Virus record (IMG/VR): IMGVR_UViG_3300002161_000007
Span: 1-64,000 of that record
Reading direction: 5' to 3' (one strand)
Origin: an uncultured virus (IMG/VR IMGVR_UViG_3300002161_000007)
Lineage: Duplodnaviria; Heunggongvirae; Uroviricota; Caudoviricetes
Length of the DNA stretch: 64,000 bases
Numbering within the stretch: the first letter of the stretch is position 1; the number at the start of each line of letters is the position of its first letter. Below are positions 48,739 through 57,554 of the stretch, piece after piece. The notes beneath the pieces were generated by a model. The model saw only the letters and a list, made by a program, of their open reading frames with translations, did no database searches and was not told the DNA's origin. A program made the translations under genes and the position numbers.

Positions 48739-49070
48739 TCCTTGGCGGAGATGACCGCAAAGCCATCAACAAGACTTCCAAGAAGCAGGAACAGCGAAGC
48801 GCTAAAACCTACAAAGGAAGTCGTAACGCTGGATCAGGCTCAGGTTGGCTACGGAAGAATGACGTCCGCACTAGCGAGATCTTGATTGAAAACAAGTTCA
48901 CCACAAATGCCAAGCAGATCACACTTAAGCACAAAGACTTGTCAGAACTGGTGGAGCGTGCCATATTAGAAGACCGCCTTCCAGTCTTACAATTTGATTT
49001 AAATAACAGACGGTATGTGGTTTTAACAGAAGACGATTTCATAGAGATGACAGGACTAAACGATGGCTGA
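48735..49070 (+). CDS. PD-(D/E)XK nuclease/Holliday-junction resolvase-like
   Basis: QE...AK...G.R..GSG.G...K.DV.....LIENK. Confidence 0.75.
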   Translation: MILGGDDRKAINKTSKKQEQRSAKTYKGSRNAGSGSGWLRKNDVRTSEILIENKFTTNAKQITLKHKDLSELVERAILEDRLPVLQFDLNNRRYVVLTEDDFIEMTGLNDG

Positions 49071-50088
49071 AACACCATGGCACTTACAGGAATATAAAAA
49101 GGCACTCACCAGTAAAGGCAAGGTGCTTCCTATTGTGCAGGCTCAGTTAATTAAAGAGCGCTTGTCATCTACACGAGACACCGCTCACTTGCACCCGAGC
49201 GAGATCGCTAAGAAGGATTGGTGTCCTCGTTCATCTTGGTACACCATCAAGGGTTATGAGAAAGAGGACGAGAAGTTTGCGTTCCAACGTTTAAACGTCT
49301 TTGCAGAAGGACATGCAATCCACGCCAAGTGGCAAGGATGGCTTCGTGACGCTGGCGTACTACATGGCACATGGCAATGCAAGAATGATATTTGTAGTCA
49401 CAAATGGGTGGATTTGAGTCCACAAAAATGTCCATCATGTGGCACTCCTAATCCCATCTACCGTGAGGTACCTGTAACCAACGAGCAGTTCCACATCCTT
49501 GGACATGCTGACGGCATTGTAAACAACGGTAAGGACAAGCCATTTCTTATTGAGATTAAAAGTGTTGGCGCTGGCACTATTCGCTTTGAGAGTTACGACA
49601 TATTTAAAGATTCTGAAGGTAATCCCGATGAGATGTGGAAGCGCATCCGACAGCCGTTCCAGTCCCATGTGCGTCAAGCCATGTTGTACATGTACTGCAC
49701 AGGTATTGACACCATGGTCTTTATCTATGAGTGGAAAGCCACCCAAGAAGTTAAAGAGTTCGTAGTCCAGTTCCAGCAGGAATTAGTTGACCCAATCTTA
49801 AGCGCTTGCGAAACTGTAGTTCGGGCGCTAGATTCTTCAGTCCCACCCATGCGCCCAGCGTGGGTAACGGACTCAGAACATAAAACATGCAAACAATGCC
49901 CATACAAAAACACATGCTGGAAGGAAAACGATGAGAACAATACTGCGCCCAGAACCGATGACATTGACAAAGCCACAGAACGACTCGTCAGTGAGGGAGA
50001 AGTTCAATCAGAAGTTCACGATGCCCCCACGACCAGCGGGGGAAATGCCACAGGTACCCCAGTATCTGGACGAGTTATCAGACGCTGA
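49063..50088 (+). CDS. Cas4-like exonuclease
   Basis: HPS.....CPR, G..IH, GHADG, IEIKS, Q..LY, C..CPY...C. Confidence 0.85.
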   Translation: MAETPWHLQEYKKALTSKGKVLPIVQAQLIKERLSSTRDTAHLHPSEIAKKDWCPRSSWYTIKGYEKEDEKFAFQRLNVFAEGHAIHAKWQGWLRDAGVLHGTWQCKNDICSHKWVDLSPQKCPSCGTPNPIYREVPVTNEQFHILGHADGIVNNGKDKPFLIEIKSVGAGTIRFESYDIFKDSEGNPDEMWKRIRQPFQSHVRQAMLYMYCTGIDTMVFIYEWKATQEVKEFVVQFQQELVDPILSACETVVRALDSSVPPMRPAWVTDSEHKTCKQCPYKNTCWKENDENNTAPRTDDIDKATERLVSEGEVQSEVHDAPTTSGGNATGTPVSGRVIRR

Positions 50089-50452
50089 GTTGATGTCTCT
50101 CTACGGAGAGTTCATGGCATGGGTTTCATACGCCAAAGCAGAATTGGTTGAAGCAGAAATCAACGAAGAGCGACAAGCAAACAACTGTCGGATCGTTGAA
50201 GCCAAGTGTTTAATCGGTCAGTGGAGTGACACCGCTAAAGGTGACACCGTAACGCTGGCTAAAGCCCGCCGAGACGTAGACCCTGAAGTAATTGAACAAC
50301 AAGAAGAGCACCTGAATTCTCGTGCTTATCGCAAGATGGTGGACGCTGTGTTTGAACGCTGTGAGCGTGGCGCACAAGTGTTGTCCCGAGAACTCAGTCG
50401 CCGTATCAGCATCGCTCCGCAGGAGCGCAGACAAGCACGATACAACCCATGA
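49931..50452 (+). CDS. UvsY-like recombination mediator
   Basis: Helical; K.DTV..AKA...DPEV......LSRE.SRR; near recA; AAGGA RBS. Confidence 0.55.
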   Translation: MRTILRPEPMTLTKPQNDSSVREKFNQKFTMPPRPAGEMPQVPQYLDELSDAELMSLYGEFMAWVSYAKAELVEAEINEERQANNCRIVEAKCLIGQWSDTAKGDTVTLAKARRDVDPEVIEQQEEHLNSRAYRKMVDAVFERCERGAQVLSRELSRRISIAPQERRQARYNP

Positions 50453-51234
50453 CCATCTTCTTGTTTAAAGACCTGCCGATTGGTCCTATTCCAGCAACTC
50501 CCATTACGCCACACATTGATGAAAATACGTGTCACGTTGCTCGTCACACTATGTTTCATTACGCAAAGAACTTTGGCATTCCAGTTGGTTACAAGCAAGA
50601 ACAAAACGGCAGGTTGATTCAGAACATCGTGCCTAACCCAAAGACCGAGTACTCGCAGATCTCATCGTCATCTAAAGTCAACCTTGACCTACATACAGAG
50701 ACAGCCTTTCACCCTTACAAGCCTGACTACATTATGTTGTTGTGTCTACGAGGTGATCCGCAAGCCTTTACAACTTATGCGCAGTTGCATGACATCTTGC
50801 CTGAGTTAGACGATGTTTGTATTGCTCTTTTATCAATGCCCTTATTTGAAACATCTGTTGATGAGAGTTTTAGAACTAACGGAGAGTCTGACACCATTGT
50901 CACTACGTCCATACTTGGCGTTAAAGACGGGCGTAGCACCATGTGCTACGACAAGTCTGTTATGCATGGCACAACGGCGGCGGCTCAAGATGCTTTAGAA
51001 GAATTTGGGCGTGTTGTAGAAAAACACACTCAAGAGGTAGCGCTGGCTACTGGGGATCTTTTTATTATTGATAACTCCAATACTGTTCATGGTCGCAAAC
51101 CATTTCAAGCCCGCTATGACGGTACCGATCGTTGGGTACAGCGCTTGCTTGTCCGTAGTTACACCAGCCCAATATCACCAGATTTAGAGATGTGCCCAAC
51201 TACTGGATACCCTGTTATCACTAAGTACAAGTAA
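50449..51234 (+). CDS. TauD/clavaminate-synthase-like 2OG-Fe(II) dioxygenase (AsnO/VioC-like)
   Basis: Y.QEQ.G.L.QNI.P, LHTE.AFHP..PDY..L.CLR, IDN...VHGR.PF.ARYDGTDRW.QR. Confidence 0.9.
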   Translation: MTIFLFKDLPIGPIPATPITPHIDENTCHVARHTMFHYAKNFGIPVGYKQEQNGRLIQNIVPNPKTEYSQISSSSKVNLDLHTETAFHPYKPDYIMLLCLRGDPQAFTTYAQLHDILPELDDVCIALLSMPLFETSVDESFRTNGESDTIVTTSILGVKDGRSTMCYDKSVMHGTTAAAQDALEEFGRVVEKHTQEVALATGDLFIIDNSNTVHGRKPFQARYDGTDRWVQRLLVRSYTSPISPDLEMCPTTGYPVITKYK

Positions 51235-51245
51235 AGGAGTACGCA

Positions 51246-51611
51246 GTGGGAAATAAACATAAAGCCAAAGGGACAGCCTTTGAGACTTTGGTCAAGGAGT
51301 ACTTGATCAGCGCAGGTTTCAAGAACGCTCGTAGAACAGCCCTTGCTGGAGCACAGGACACAGGTGACATCAATGGCATTGTGCGCCGTGTAACCGAACG
51401 TGAGGTTGCAATCCAGTGTAAGAACGATAAATCATTCAACATCAGTGGCTGGCTCAACGACACCGTAGAGCAGGCAGACCGTTTAGGTGACGGCGTTCCT
51501 GCGTTGGTTGTGAAGAGGAAAGGTAAAGGGGAAAAAGCGTTGGGTGACTCATACGCTGTGATGAGGCTAGATGACCTGATAGACCTCTTGAAAGAGGCAG
51601 AGTACTTCTAA
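51246..51611 (+). CDS. Holliday-junction resolvase-like nuclease
   Basis: K.KGT.FE..V..YL, G..D.GDI, IQCKN, VVKR. Confidence 0.8.
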   Translation: MGNKHKAKGTAFETLVKEYLISAGFKNARRTALAGAQDTGDINGIVRRVTEREVAIQCKNDKSFNISGWLNDTVEQADRLGDGVPALVVKRKGKGEKALGDSYAVMRLDDLIDLLKEAEYF

Positions 51612-51656
51612 ACTTTGGGAACAATTTAAACACTTTGTTCTATTAGGAGTACTACT

Positions 51657-51947
51657 ATGTCACAAGAACTTAATTCTGCAATTGAAGACGTCCTCAAAGT
51701 CTCAGGTTCCAGTAACCCTCAAAGCGTTGGATCTATTCTTGCTCGTGCAGTAAATGCAGGGCAAGCACCAAAGATGCGAGCCATTGGTGCAAGTGCAGTC
51801 AACCAAGCAGCAAAAGCCGCTGCAATTGCTAGAGGCTTTGTTGCCCCACGTGGTGTTGATCTTACTTACATTATTGGCTTTGATGATATTATTGGAGATA
51901 ACGGAGAAGCCATCTCGGCTATCTCATTTAAACCAGTAGTGAGGTAG
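51657..51947 (+). CDS. spoVS: SpoVS (Alba-fold) protein
   Basis: VLKVS..SNP.SV, AIGA.AVNQA.KA.AIARGFVAP.G.DL. Confidence 0.88.
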   Translation: MSQELNSAIEDVLKVSGSSNPQSVGSILARAVNAGQAPKMRAIGASAVNQAAKAAAIARGFVAPRGVDLTYIIGFDDIIGDNGEAISAISFKPVVR

Positions 51948-51949
51948 TC

Positions 51950-52552
51950 ATGGGCATTTTTAATAAACTTCGTGGTGGTACAAGTTACGGACGTGGAGAC
52001 GATCCACATGGTGTAACTTCTACCTCTCAAACTCCTTTTGGACCAGTCACAACTCGCTCAACAGGTCCTAATACTCGTTACAACATGACAGAAGATCGTA
52101 ATGAAGTTGGTCTTCGCCGTGAAGGTCCATCAAGTTACAAGTCATCGGTAACCAATAAGGTTTATATCAATTCCATGGACTCCGTAGACGGTGGTAAAGT
52201 ATGGATTGGTGATGACACCCCAGCAGGAAAAGCCCAAGTCAAATCGGATAAGCGTACCGCAAAGGCTTTGAAGAGTATTAACAAGCCTAAGGCAATGGCA
52301 AAGTCAGCAAAAGCAGGTCAGGCATATGATGCCGCCAAAGCCGCTGACAACCGTTTGAATGAGAACTGGACTAAGCCAGATACTCGCTACATCGGTAGCG
52401 AACAAGAAACCGCTGACAACGAAACCGTTAGAACCATGAAGACTGGTGGCATTAAAGCCATGCAGAAGAAAGTAAAGAAGAACCCAGAGATGGCAGTTGA
52501 TGCACAAGAAGTGCGTACTAAGCGAATCATGGACGAAAACAAAAAGCGTTAA
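51950..52552 (+). CDS. Hypothetical disordered protein
   Basis: GAGG RBS; polar and basic. Confidence 0.6.
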   Translation: MGIFNKLRGGTSYGRGDDPHGVTSTSQTPFGPVTTRSTGPNTRYNMTEDRNEVGLRREGPSSYKSSVTNKVYINSMDSVDGGKVWIGDDTPAGKAQVKSDKRTAKALKSINKPKAMAKSAKAGQAYDAAKAADNRLNENWTKPDTRYIGSEQETADNETVRTMKTGGIKAMQKKVKKNPEMAVDAQEVRTKRIMDENKKR

Positions 52553-53181
52553 TGGCTCGTAAAGACCACTTCGCATCTGGAGCGGGTTCAGAATCTCCAT
52601 TTAAGATTTGGGATCAACCTAACACCGCTAAATCTTCGGAAGAACCTCGTGAGATTGTTGTTCCTATGATCCACACGCCTGCTCGTGAAGCAGGCACACT
52701 GGGTCCAGATGATGCTGGGTTCCCAGTTAAATGGACTAACCGCATCAAAATTGAGCGTGGCACTACCACTAAGACAAGCAAGATTGGTGATGTAGGAAAC
52801 GTCCGCATTGCATTGCGTGATCCAAACACACGCACCGTTGAAAGCCTTGCAGGTCGTGGTATGACCACTACAGATCCAGAAGCACTAGAGCGTCAGCACC
52901 CACGCCAACTGGGTAAGGCGGTAGGTGCTCCTGCTACAGATGATGAGTACATGGCTGGCAGAGATAAGTACGTTGCAGACAAACTTGCATGGGCAGACCA
53001 ACAAAAAGCCGCCAAGAAAAAGCAAGGAAGCAAAGCAAAGCGTGAACGGCGTATGGCTTTGTTGCCTAATGAGAAGCCTAGGAAGCGCACTAAGCGCATT
53101 GAGGCACCTTCAGTAGCAACTAAAGATTACCCGCAAGCAACAATCCCAAACCCTAGGGCAAAAAAGCCTAACGAGATGTGA
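52552..53181 (+). CDS. Hypothetical disordered basic protein
   Basis: Coupled ORF. Confidence 0.6.
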   Translation: MARKDHFASGAGSESPFKIWDQPNTAKSSEEPREIVVPMIHTPAREAGTLGPDDAGFPVKWTNRIKIERGTTTKTSKIGDVGNVRIALRDPNTRTVESLAGRGMTTTDPEALERQHPRQLGKAVGAPATDDEYMAGRDKYVADKLAWADQQKAAKKKQGSKAKRERRMALLPNEKPRKRTKRIEAPSVATKDYPQATIPNPRAKKPNEM

Positions 53182-53183
53182 TT

Positions 53184-53351
53184 GTGGCTTCCAAGAAGAA
53201 GCCCCGCAAGACAAGAGGAACTCGTGTGCCTCCATCGTTGTCTAAAGAGCGTAATGGTGCACGATACTCACCTCGCCCAATCTCACCCCTAGGTGGAGGT
53301 ACAATGGGAGGACTACTTACACCAAGTGGACAAGGTCAAACAAACATATGA
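53184..53351 (+). CDS. Small basic protein (55 aa)
   Basis: Own translation MASKKKPRKTRG...GQGQTNI; fills the gap; ATGA overlap with the next gene. Confidence 0.5.
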   Translation: MASKKKPRKTRGTRVPPSLSKERNGARYSPRPISPLGGGTMGGLLTPSGQGQTNI

Positions 53352-53839
53352 GTAAAAACACTTTTACGTCTTGGCAGACACCATCGGCACCCCCAGGTGG
53401 TAACTCGCAGGCTGACTTTGGTCCACAGCCAGTATTCCGTAACGCCAAAGATCTAGCGCTCTCTGGTTACCAGCGTGGCGCTGACACACAGTATCCAGAC
53501 GGATACCTAGGAACCATGTCGGCTAACCGCCGTCAAGACAAGATCCTTGGCTCACTTAGCCGAATGAATGCTCGCCAGTACTCACGTGGTGTGCACAAAG
53601 GTGAACGCATTAATGCGGGCGATTATCTATGGCCCGATGAGTTCAACCTTTATACTGCCCTTCAGTATCAAGCACAAGGTTTGAAGTTTGCGCCACAGGG
53701 CGCAGAGCCTGTGCGTCTTACTAATGATGGCAAGGTTGGTCCTCGTGGTATTTCACGAGATCAAAAGCGTGATGAGGCTATGGAAATGAGCCTTGAACGC
53801 AAATCAAAACTTAAAGCACTAGCCCCTAACTGGAGATAA
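53348..53839 (+). CDS. Hypothetical protein
   Basis: QYPDGYLGT..RR.DK, YSRGVHKGERI look like conserved blocks. Confidence 0.65.
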   Translation: MSKNTFTSWQTPSAPPGGNSQADFGPQPVFRNAKDLALSGYQRGADTQYPDGYLGTMSANRRQDKILGSLSRMNARQYSRGVHKGERINAGDYLWPDEFNLYTALQYQAQGLKFAPQGAEPVRLTNDGKVGPRGISRDQKRDEAMEMSLERKSKLKALAPNWR

Positions 53840-53841
53840 CA

Positions 53842-54048
53842 ATGGCACGTGGAGAAGACACAGGACGGCACCCTAACCGTCAAGTGGGTCGTTCATTTTC
53901 TAAATGGCATGTTTTGCATGATGGTGAAACGTTTGGAATCCATGAAACCAAGCAAGATGCTATGGATGAATACGAAGCGTCAAAAAGGCGAATGGGTCCA
54001 GAAGAATCTAAGTATTTGTCAATTGAAGAAAGACGAGAAGACTACTAA
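53842..54048 (+). CDS. Hypothetical protein
   Basis: GGAG RBS; MARGEDTGRHPNRQVG. Confidence 0.6.
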   Translation: MARGEDTGRHPNRQVGRSFSKWHVLHDGETFGIHETKQDAMDEYEASKRRMGPEESKYLSIEERREDY

Positions 54049-54263
54049 TGGCAAATGGTACTGACGAATCACGCAACGAGGCACGCATCGTTGACATGAA
54101 GACATGGAAGATGCGTAATCACCCTGCCTCTGGTGGTGCTGGTGGTAAGCCACCAAAGAAGCCATACACCCAAACAGGTGGTAGTGGTAAAGAGCCATAT
54201 GGTGACGACCATGCAAATCCTTATGGCATACCACGCCCAAACACAGACTGGTTTCAGGATTAA
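54048..54263 (+). CDS. Hypothetical protein
   Basis: Coupled ORF. Confidence 0.55.
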   Translation: MANGTDESRNEARIVDMKTWKMRNHPASGGAGGKPPKKPYTQTGGSGKEPYGDDHANPYGIPRPNTDWFQD

Positions 54264-54266
54264 ATA

Positions 54267-54581
54267 ATGGCTCAACAGATGCCTACCGCACGCCCATGGC
54301 AGTCTCATTCTGAGATGCTCGTTGACATGGCGTTGCAGACGGCTATCTCTGATCCTGACACGATCCGCCAAATCCGCCCAGTACATCCACAACAATTGTT
54401 TACTGTTCGTGAAGGTTATGCCAAGCAAACAATGGGTATAATGGACGTACTAAACATTGATCGTTACACCGCATCTAACCGTTCGTGGGTCTCAGGGGCA
54501 CCTGTGATGTTCCGTGATGGTTTCATGGAAGATAACTTCTCTAGTTCTAGTCGCTACTCAATGCAAAGTTTGTGGGGCTGA
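54267..54581 (+). CDS. Hypothetical protein
   Basis: AGGA RBS. Confidence 0.6.
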   Translation: MAQQMPTARPWQSHSEMLVDMALQTAISDPDTIRQIRPVHPQQLFTVREGYAKQTMGIMDVLNIDRYTASNRSWVSGAPVMFRDGFMEDNFSSSSRYSMQSLWG

Positions 54582-54582
54582 T

Positions 54583-55131
54583 ATGGCAGAAAACGATTAC
54601 ATCGGAGAGATCCAAAACCAACGCCTCAACCAGCAGTGGTCAAACTCCATGCAATGGTCTACGCCATCATGGATGCAGGCTGGCTTTAAACAAGGTCCAC
54701 GTGTCAGTCAGGCACCTAGGTTTAGACCACCTAGCATTGGCATGCGTTTAAATTGGGGAGCCAACGAGCACATCATGGATCGTGGTTTTAATAAAGGCGG
54801 CGAAAAGTGGAGCGATCGTTACAAAGATAAATCTACTCCTGATTCCTCAACCACAGGAACACCACTACCATCTCCAACTGCTGGTACTGCGGTAACTGGT
54901 CCAACTGCCCCAGCAACACCTACAACGCCAACAGCGTCTGGTACCGTGCCAGCACCATCTAGTTCTCCAATGACAATGGCGTCTTCTGGAGGCGCCCGTC
55001 CGTTGATTAGCATGGCACAAAATGCTGTTCAACAAACTCCGTTTGGTCAGACCATGGGACAAGTTAGAAACCGTATTGGCGCAATTAGGAACACCCGTGC
55101 AAACCGCAGGTCTTCAGGAACGGTGATCTGA
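54583..55131 (+). CDS. Hypothetical Pro/Thr/Ser-rich protein
   Basis: ATG 1 nt after the previous stop. Confidence 0.55.
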   Translation: MAENDYIGEIQNQRLNQQWSNSMQWSTPSWMQAGFKQGPRVSQAPRFRPPSIGMRLNWGANEHIMDRGFNKGGEKWSDRYKDKSTPDSSTTGTPLPSPTAGTAVTGPTAPATPTTPTASGTVPAPSSSPMTMASSGGARPLISMAQNAVQQTPFGQTMGQVRNRIGAIRNTRANRRSSGTVI

Positions 55132-55133
55132 CC

Positions 55134-55820
55134 ATGGGTGGTATGAAAGACTTTGCAAAACTGGTTCTTCAGCAAACAGAGACAGCAAAAGCAATAAACG
55201 AAGTTAAAACAGGTATTGCTGACATTAAAAAAGCAAAAGAAGACGCTACAAAACCTGCTCCCCCACCACCACCTGTTGTTCCAGCACCAGTAGTTCCAGT
55301 GCTTCCTACATCTCCATTGGTTCCACCACCCCCTGGTGCTAGCCCAATGGGTAAGCCACGTCCAACTTTGCGCATATCCCCAACATTTACAAAGACACCA
55401 GTAGAGGACTTAACGCCACTACAACAACGGGCTGTTGCTGGCGTATCTGATCGCCCAATAATTGAAGTAACCCCTCCAGCGCCACGCCCAGCGCCAACAC
55501 CAATTGAACGTCCTCGGCTCAAAATCAACATGGAACGGGTTACTCCAGAACCACCTGCTCCTACCGTATTAACACCAATACAACAGCAGGCAGTTGCTGG
55601 GGTTTCTCAAAATAAAGCGGTACCTACGTCTACCACGCCTGCGGGTCAACCAGTTAACCCATTGCCCCCAATGCAACGCCCTCCAGCAGTAACGGCAACT
55701 AACAGACCACCTCGTGCCCCTTCTGCAACTGCTCCAGCCAAAACTCGTGCACAGCGCAGAGCAATGGGTGCTGACGCTATTGCTAGAATTCGTGAATCTT
55801 TAAATAATCAGAAACCGTGA
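55134..55820 (+). CDS. Proline-rich disordered protein with internal repeat
   Basis: RP.L.I.....P....LTP.QQ.AVAGVS occurs twice. Confidence 0.6.
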   Translation: MGGMKDFAKLVLQQTETAKAINEVKTGIADIKKAKEDATKPAPPPPPVVPAPVVPVLPTSPLVPPPPGASPMGKPRPTLRISPTFTKTPVEDLTPLQQRAVAGVSDRPIIEVTPPAPRPAPTPIERPRLKINMERVTPEPPAPTVLTPIQQQAVAGVSQNKAVPTSTTPAGQPVNPLPPMQRPPAVTATNRPPRAPSATAPAKTRAQRRAMGADAIARIRESLNNQKP

Positions 55821-55833
55821 TAGGATTAATACT

Positions 55834-56037
55834 ATGGCTGTAAACGAAACCCGCTCAATGAACAACGACCTTAGCCTTGGTGCCAAGGACGGCAAGTTCA
55901 AGTCACTCACACCAGATCGTGGTGGCAACGTTGACCCAACTGATGCCTCAGTCCGTGCTATGGAAGTACAGCCACAGTACGGTCTCGTAGAGCGAACCCC
56001 TTTGGCTAACGCCCCTGAAGCACATCTACACCGATAA
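55834..56037 (+). CDS. Hypothetical protein (probably leaderless)
   Basis: TAGGAT 7 nt before the ATG. Confidence 0.6.
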   Translation: MAVNETRSMNNDLSLGAKDGKFKSLTPDRGGNVDPTDASVRAMEVQPQYGLVERTPLANAPEAHLHR

Positions 56038-56046
56038 GGAATAACC

Positions 56047-56313
56047 ATGGCACACGACCATCGCATGAACCCAGTAGGTGAACCTCACCTCAACAAAGTA
56101 AACCGTATGAGAGCAGTAAATCTCTCTGACATCTACGGGTATGAAAATTATATCCGACCAGGTTATCCAGATTCACCTAACAACGAACAATCGTTTGCTA
56201 ATGACTCAACCCGTAAGCCTGTTAAAACGGTTATGCACGATGACGGTATCCACGGATACGAGGAATACGAAGACGGAAGCATCGTAGACCTTCCAAGAAG
56301 TATGCGTTCATAA
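56047..56313 (+). CDS. Hypothetical protein
   Basis: AAGGA RBS. Confidence 0.6.
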   Translation: MAHDHRMNPVGEPHLNKVNRMRAVNLSDIYGYENYIRPGYPDSPNNEQSFANDSTRKPVKTVMHDDGIHGYEEYEDGSIVDLPRSMRS

Positions 56314-56360
56314 GTAAAACTTGTAGTAGGCTTCGGCTAGACCGAAGTTAGGAGCACAAC

Positions 56361-56825
56361 ATGGCTAATGAACAAGCACACCGTCTTTTGGTATGCAAAA
56401 CGCACGGTGTTATGTGGAAGATGCGTCCATACGATGGACCACCAGAACACGACCAAGAGTTGCGTGAACTCTGTGACCGCCACAACGCACAGGTGCCAGA
56501 CCCACAGAATTGCAGTGCACTCATTTATCGCACAGATGAAGAGACCGCAAAGAAACTGGACTCAGAAACAGCAGTTAAAAGCGAACTAGCAAAGAACGAT
56601 GTCTACATCAAAGACACTCGTGACGAACTCAAAGTAGATGCACTTAAGTGCTTTAACCGCCACAATCGCCCTAAGCAAGGTTGTATTGACTGGTGCACAG
56701 ACGCTAAGACGATTGGTCGTAAAGTTGGTGTGCCACCAGAAAAGCGTCAGTATCTTTGCATGTACTGTCCAGCCGCCGAGTACTACACGCATCGTCAGCG
56801 TGTTGAAATGGGCATGTACGACTGA
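56361..56825 (+). CDS. Cys/His-rich putative metal-binding protein
   Basis: CKTH, CDRH, CFNRH, CIDWC, CMYC; AGGAG RBS. Confidence 0.65.
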   Translation: MANEQAHRLLVCKTHGVMWKMRPYDGPPEHDQELRELCDRHNAQVPDPQNCSALIYRTDEETAKKLDSETAVKSELAKNDVYIKDTRDELKVDALKCFNRHNRPKQGCIDWCTDAKTIGRKVGVPPEKRQYLCMYCPAAEYYTHRQRVEMGMYD

Positions 56826-57307
56826 TGATCCTGATATCGCTAGACGTTCTTTCTATACCAAGCAATGTCAGTGATGAAGTAGGAGCCAGACAACCAAGCC
56901 CAGAGGGACGTAGGTTGTGGAACACTTTCTTCCCTGCATTTAATGGTCGCATGGCAGTGTTTGCTTCAGGCGTTACCAATGAACAAGGCTGTCTTGAATG
57001 GTTAAAGCGAGAAGGCTTCAAAGCGTCAACAGTTGATTTTATTGCTGAAAGTACGGTTGAGGCTCGTGTAGAAAGAATTCAGAATTTGCATGCTGTTTAT
57101 GGACGCATCAACTGGTATATTGACATTGATCCTCGGGTAATAGCAAAGGTTTCTCACAATGGAATCCCTACACTGTTGATGACGGTGCCACACATCGTCA
57201 GACCTGAATGGTCAGAAGCACGCACTAAAAAAGCGTGGGACACAATCGTAGAAGAAGTAGATGCACAGGCTCTTGCGAGAGCAGAAAGGAATTGGGGCAA
57301 TGTCTGA
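56825..57307 (+). CDS. Hypothetical protein (degenerate HAD-like)
   Basis: ILISLDVL N-strand, WL..EG, YID.DP, GIPTL. Confidence 0.55.
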   Translation: MILISLDVLSIPSNVSDEVGARQPSPEGRRLWNTFFPAFNGRMAVFASGVTNEQGCLEWLKREGFKASTVDFIAESTVEARVERIQNLHAVYGRINWYIDIDPRVIAKVSHNGIPTLLMTVPHIVRPEWSEARTKKAWDTIVEEVDAQALARAERNWGNV

Positions 57308-57554
57308 AATGGATTTTGACTCGTGGCTTAAAATAGGTTTAGAGAATAAATGGGTTGGTCCCCCAGTGTGCTCAACACATGATGGGCTACCTTCAACCGA
57401 GGACGAAGACTCGGCATGGGACGAGGGCGAAGATCCTTGCATTCACATTTTGCGTCTTTATGTAGATGACCTTGAAGCACTGCTCGTAGAGCAGAACCAC
57501 AGCCCGTCAGTATGGCGTAAGGCTGGCTGGGAAGACTTACCAAAAGACGAATGA
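57300..57554 (+). CDS. Small conserved-looking phage protein
   Basis: WL..G....W..PPVC.THDGLP....E.....G.DPCIH..RLY. Confidence 0.65.
   Translation: MSEMDFDSWLKIGLENKWVGPPVCSTHDGLPSTEDEDSAWDEGEDPCIHILRLYVDDLEALLVEQNHSPSVWRKAGWEDLPKDE

Noticed and set aside
49063..50088. Cas4-like gene as part of a CRISPR-Cas system
   Set aside because: No array or other cas genes; solo Cas4-like nucleases are common in phage recombination modules
49931..50088. 158-nt overlap of the Cas4-like and UvsY-like ORFs as a dual-coding system
   Set aside because: The Cas4 conserved region ends at the last Cys before the overlap; the tail looks like a non-conserved run-on
51657..51947. spoVS as evidence for a Firmicutes host
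   Set aside because: Outweighed by two WhiBs, the Rpf-like domain and the leaderless-gene pattern
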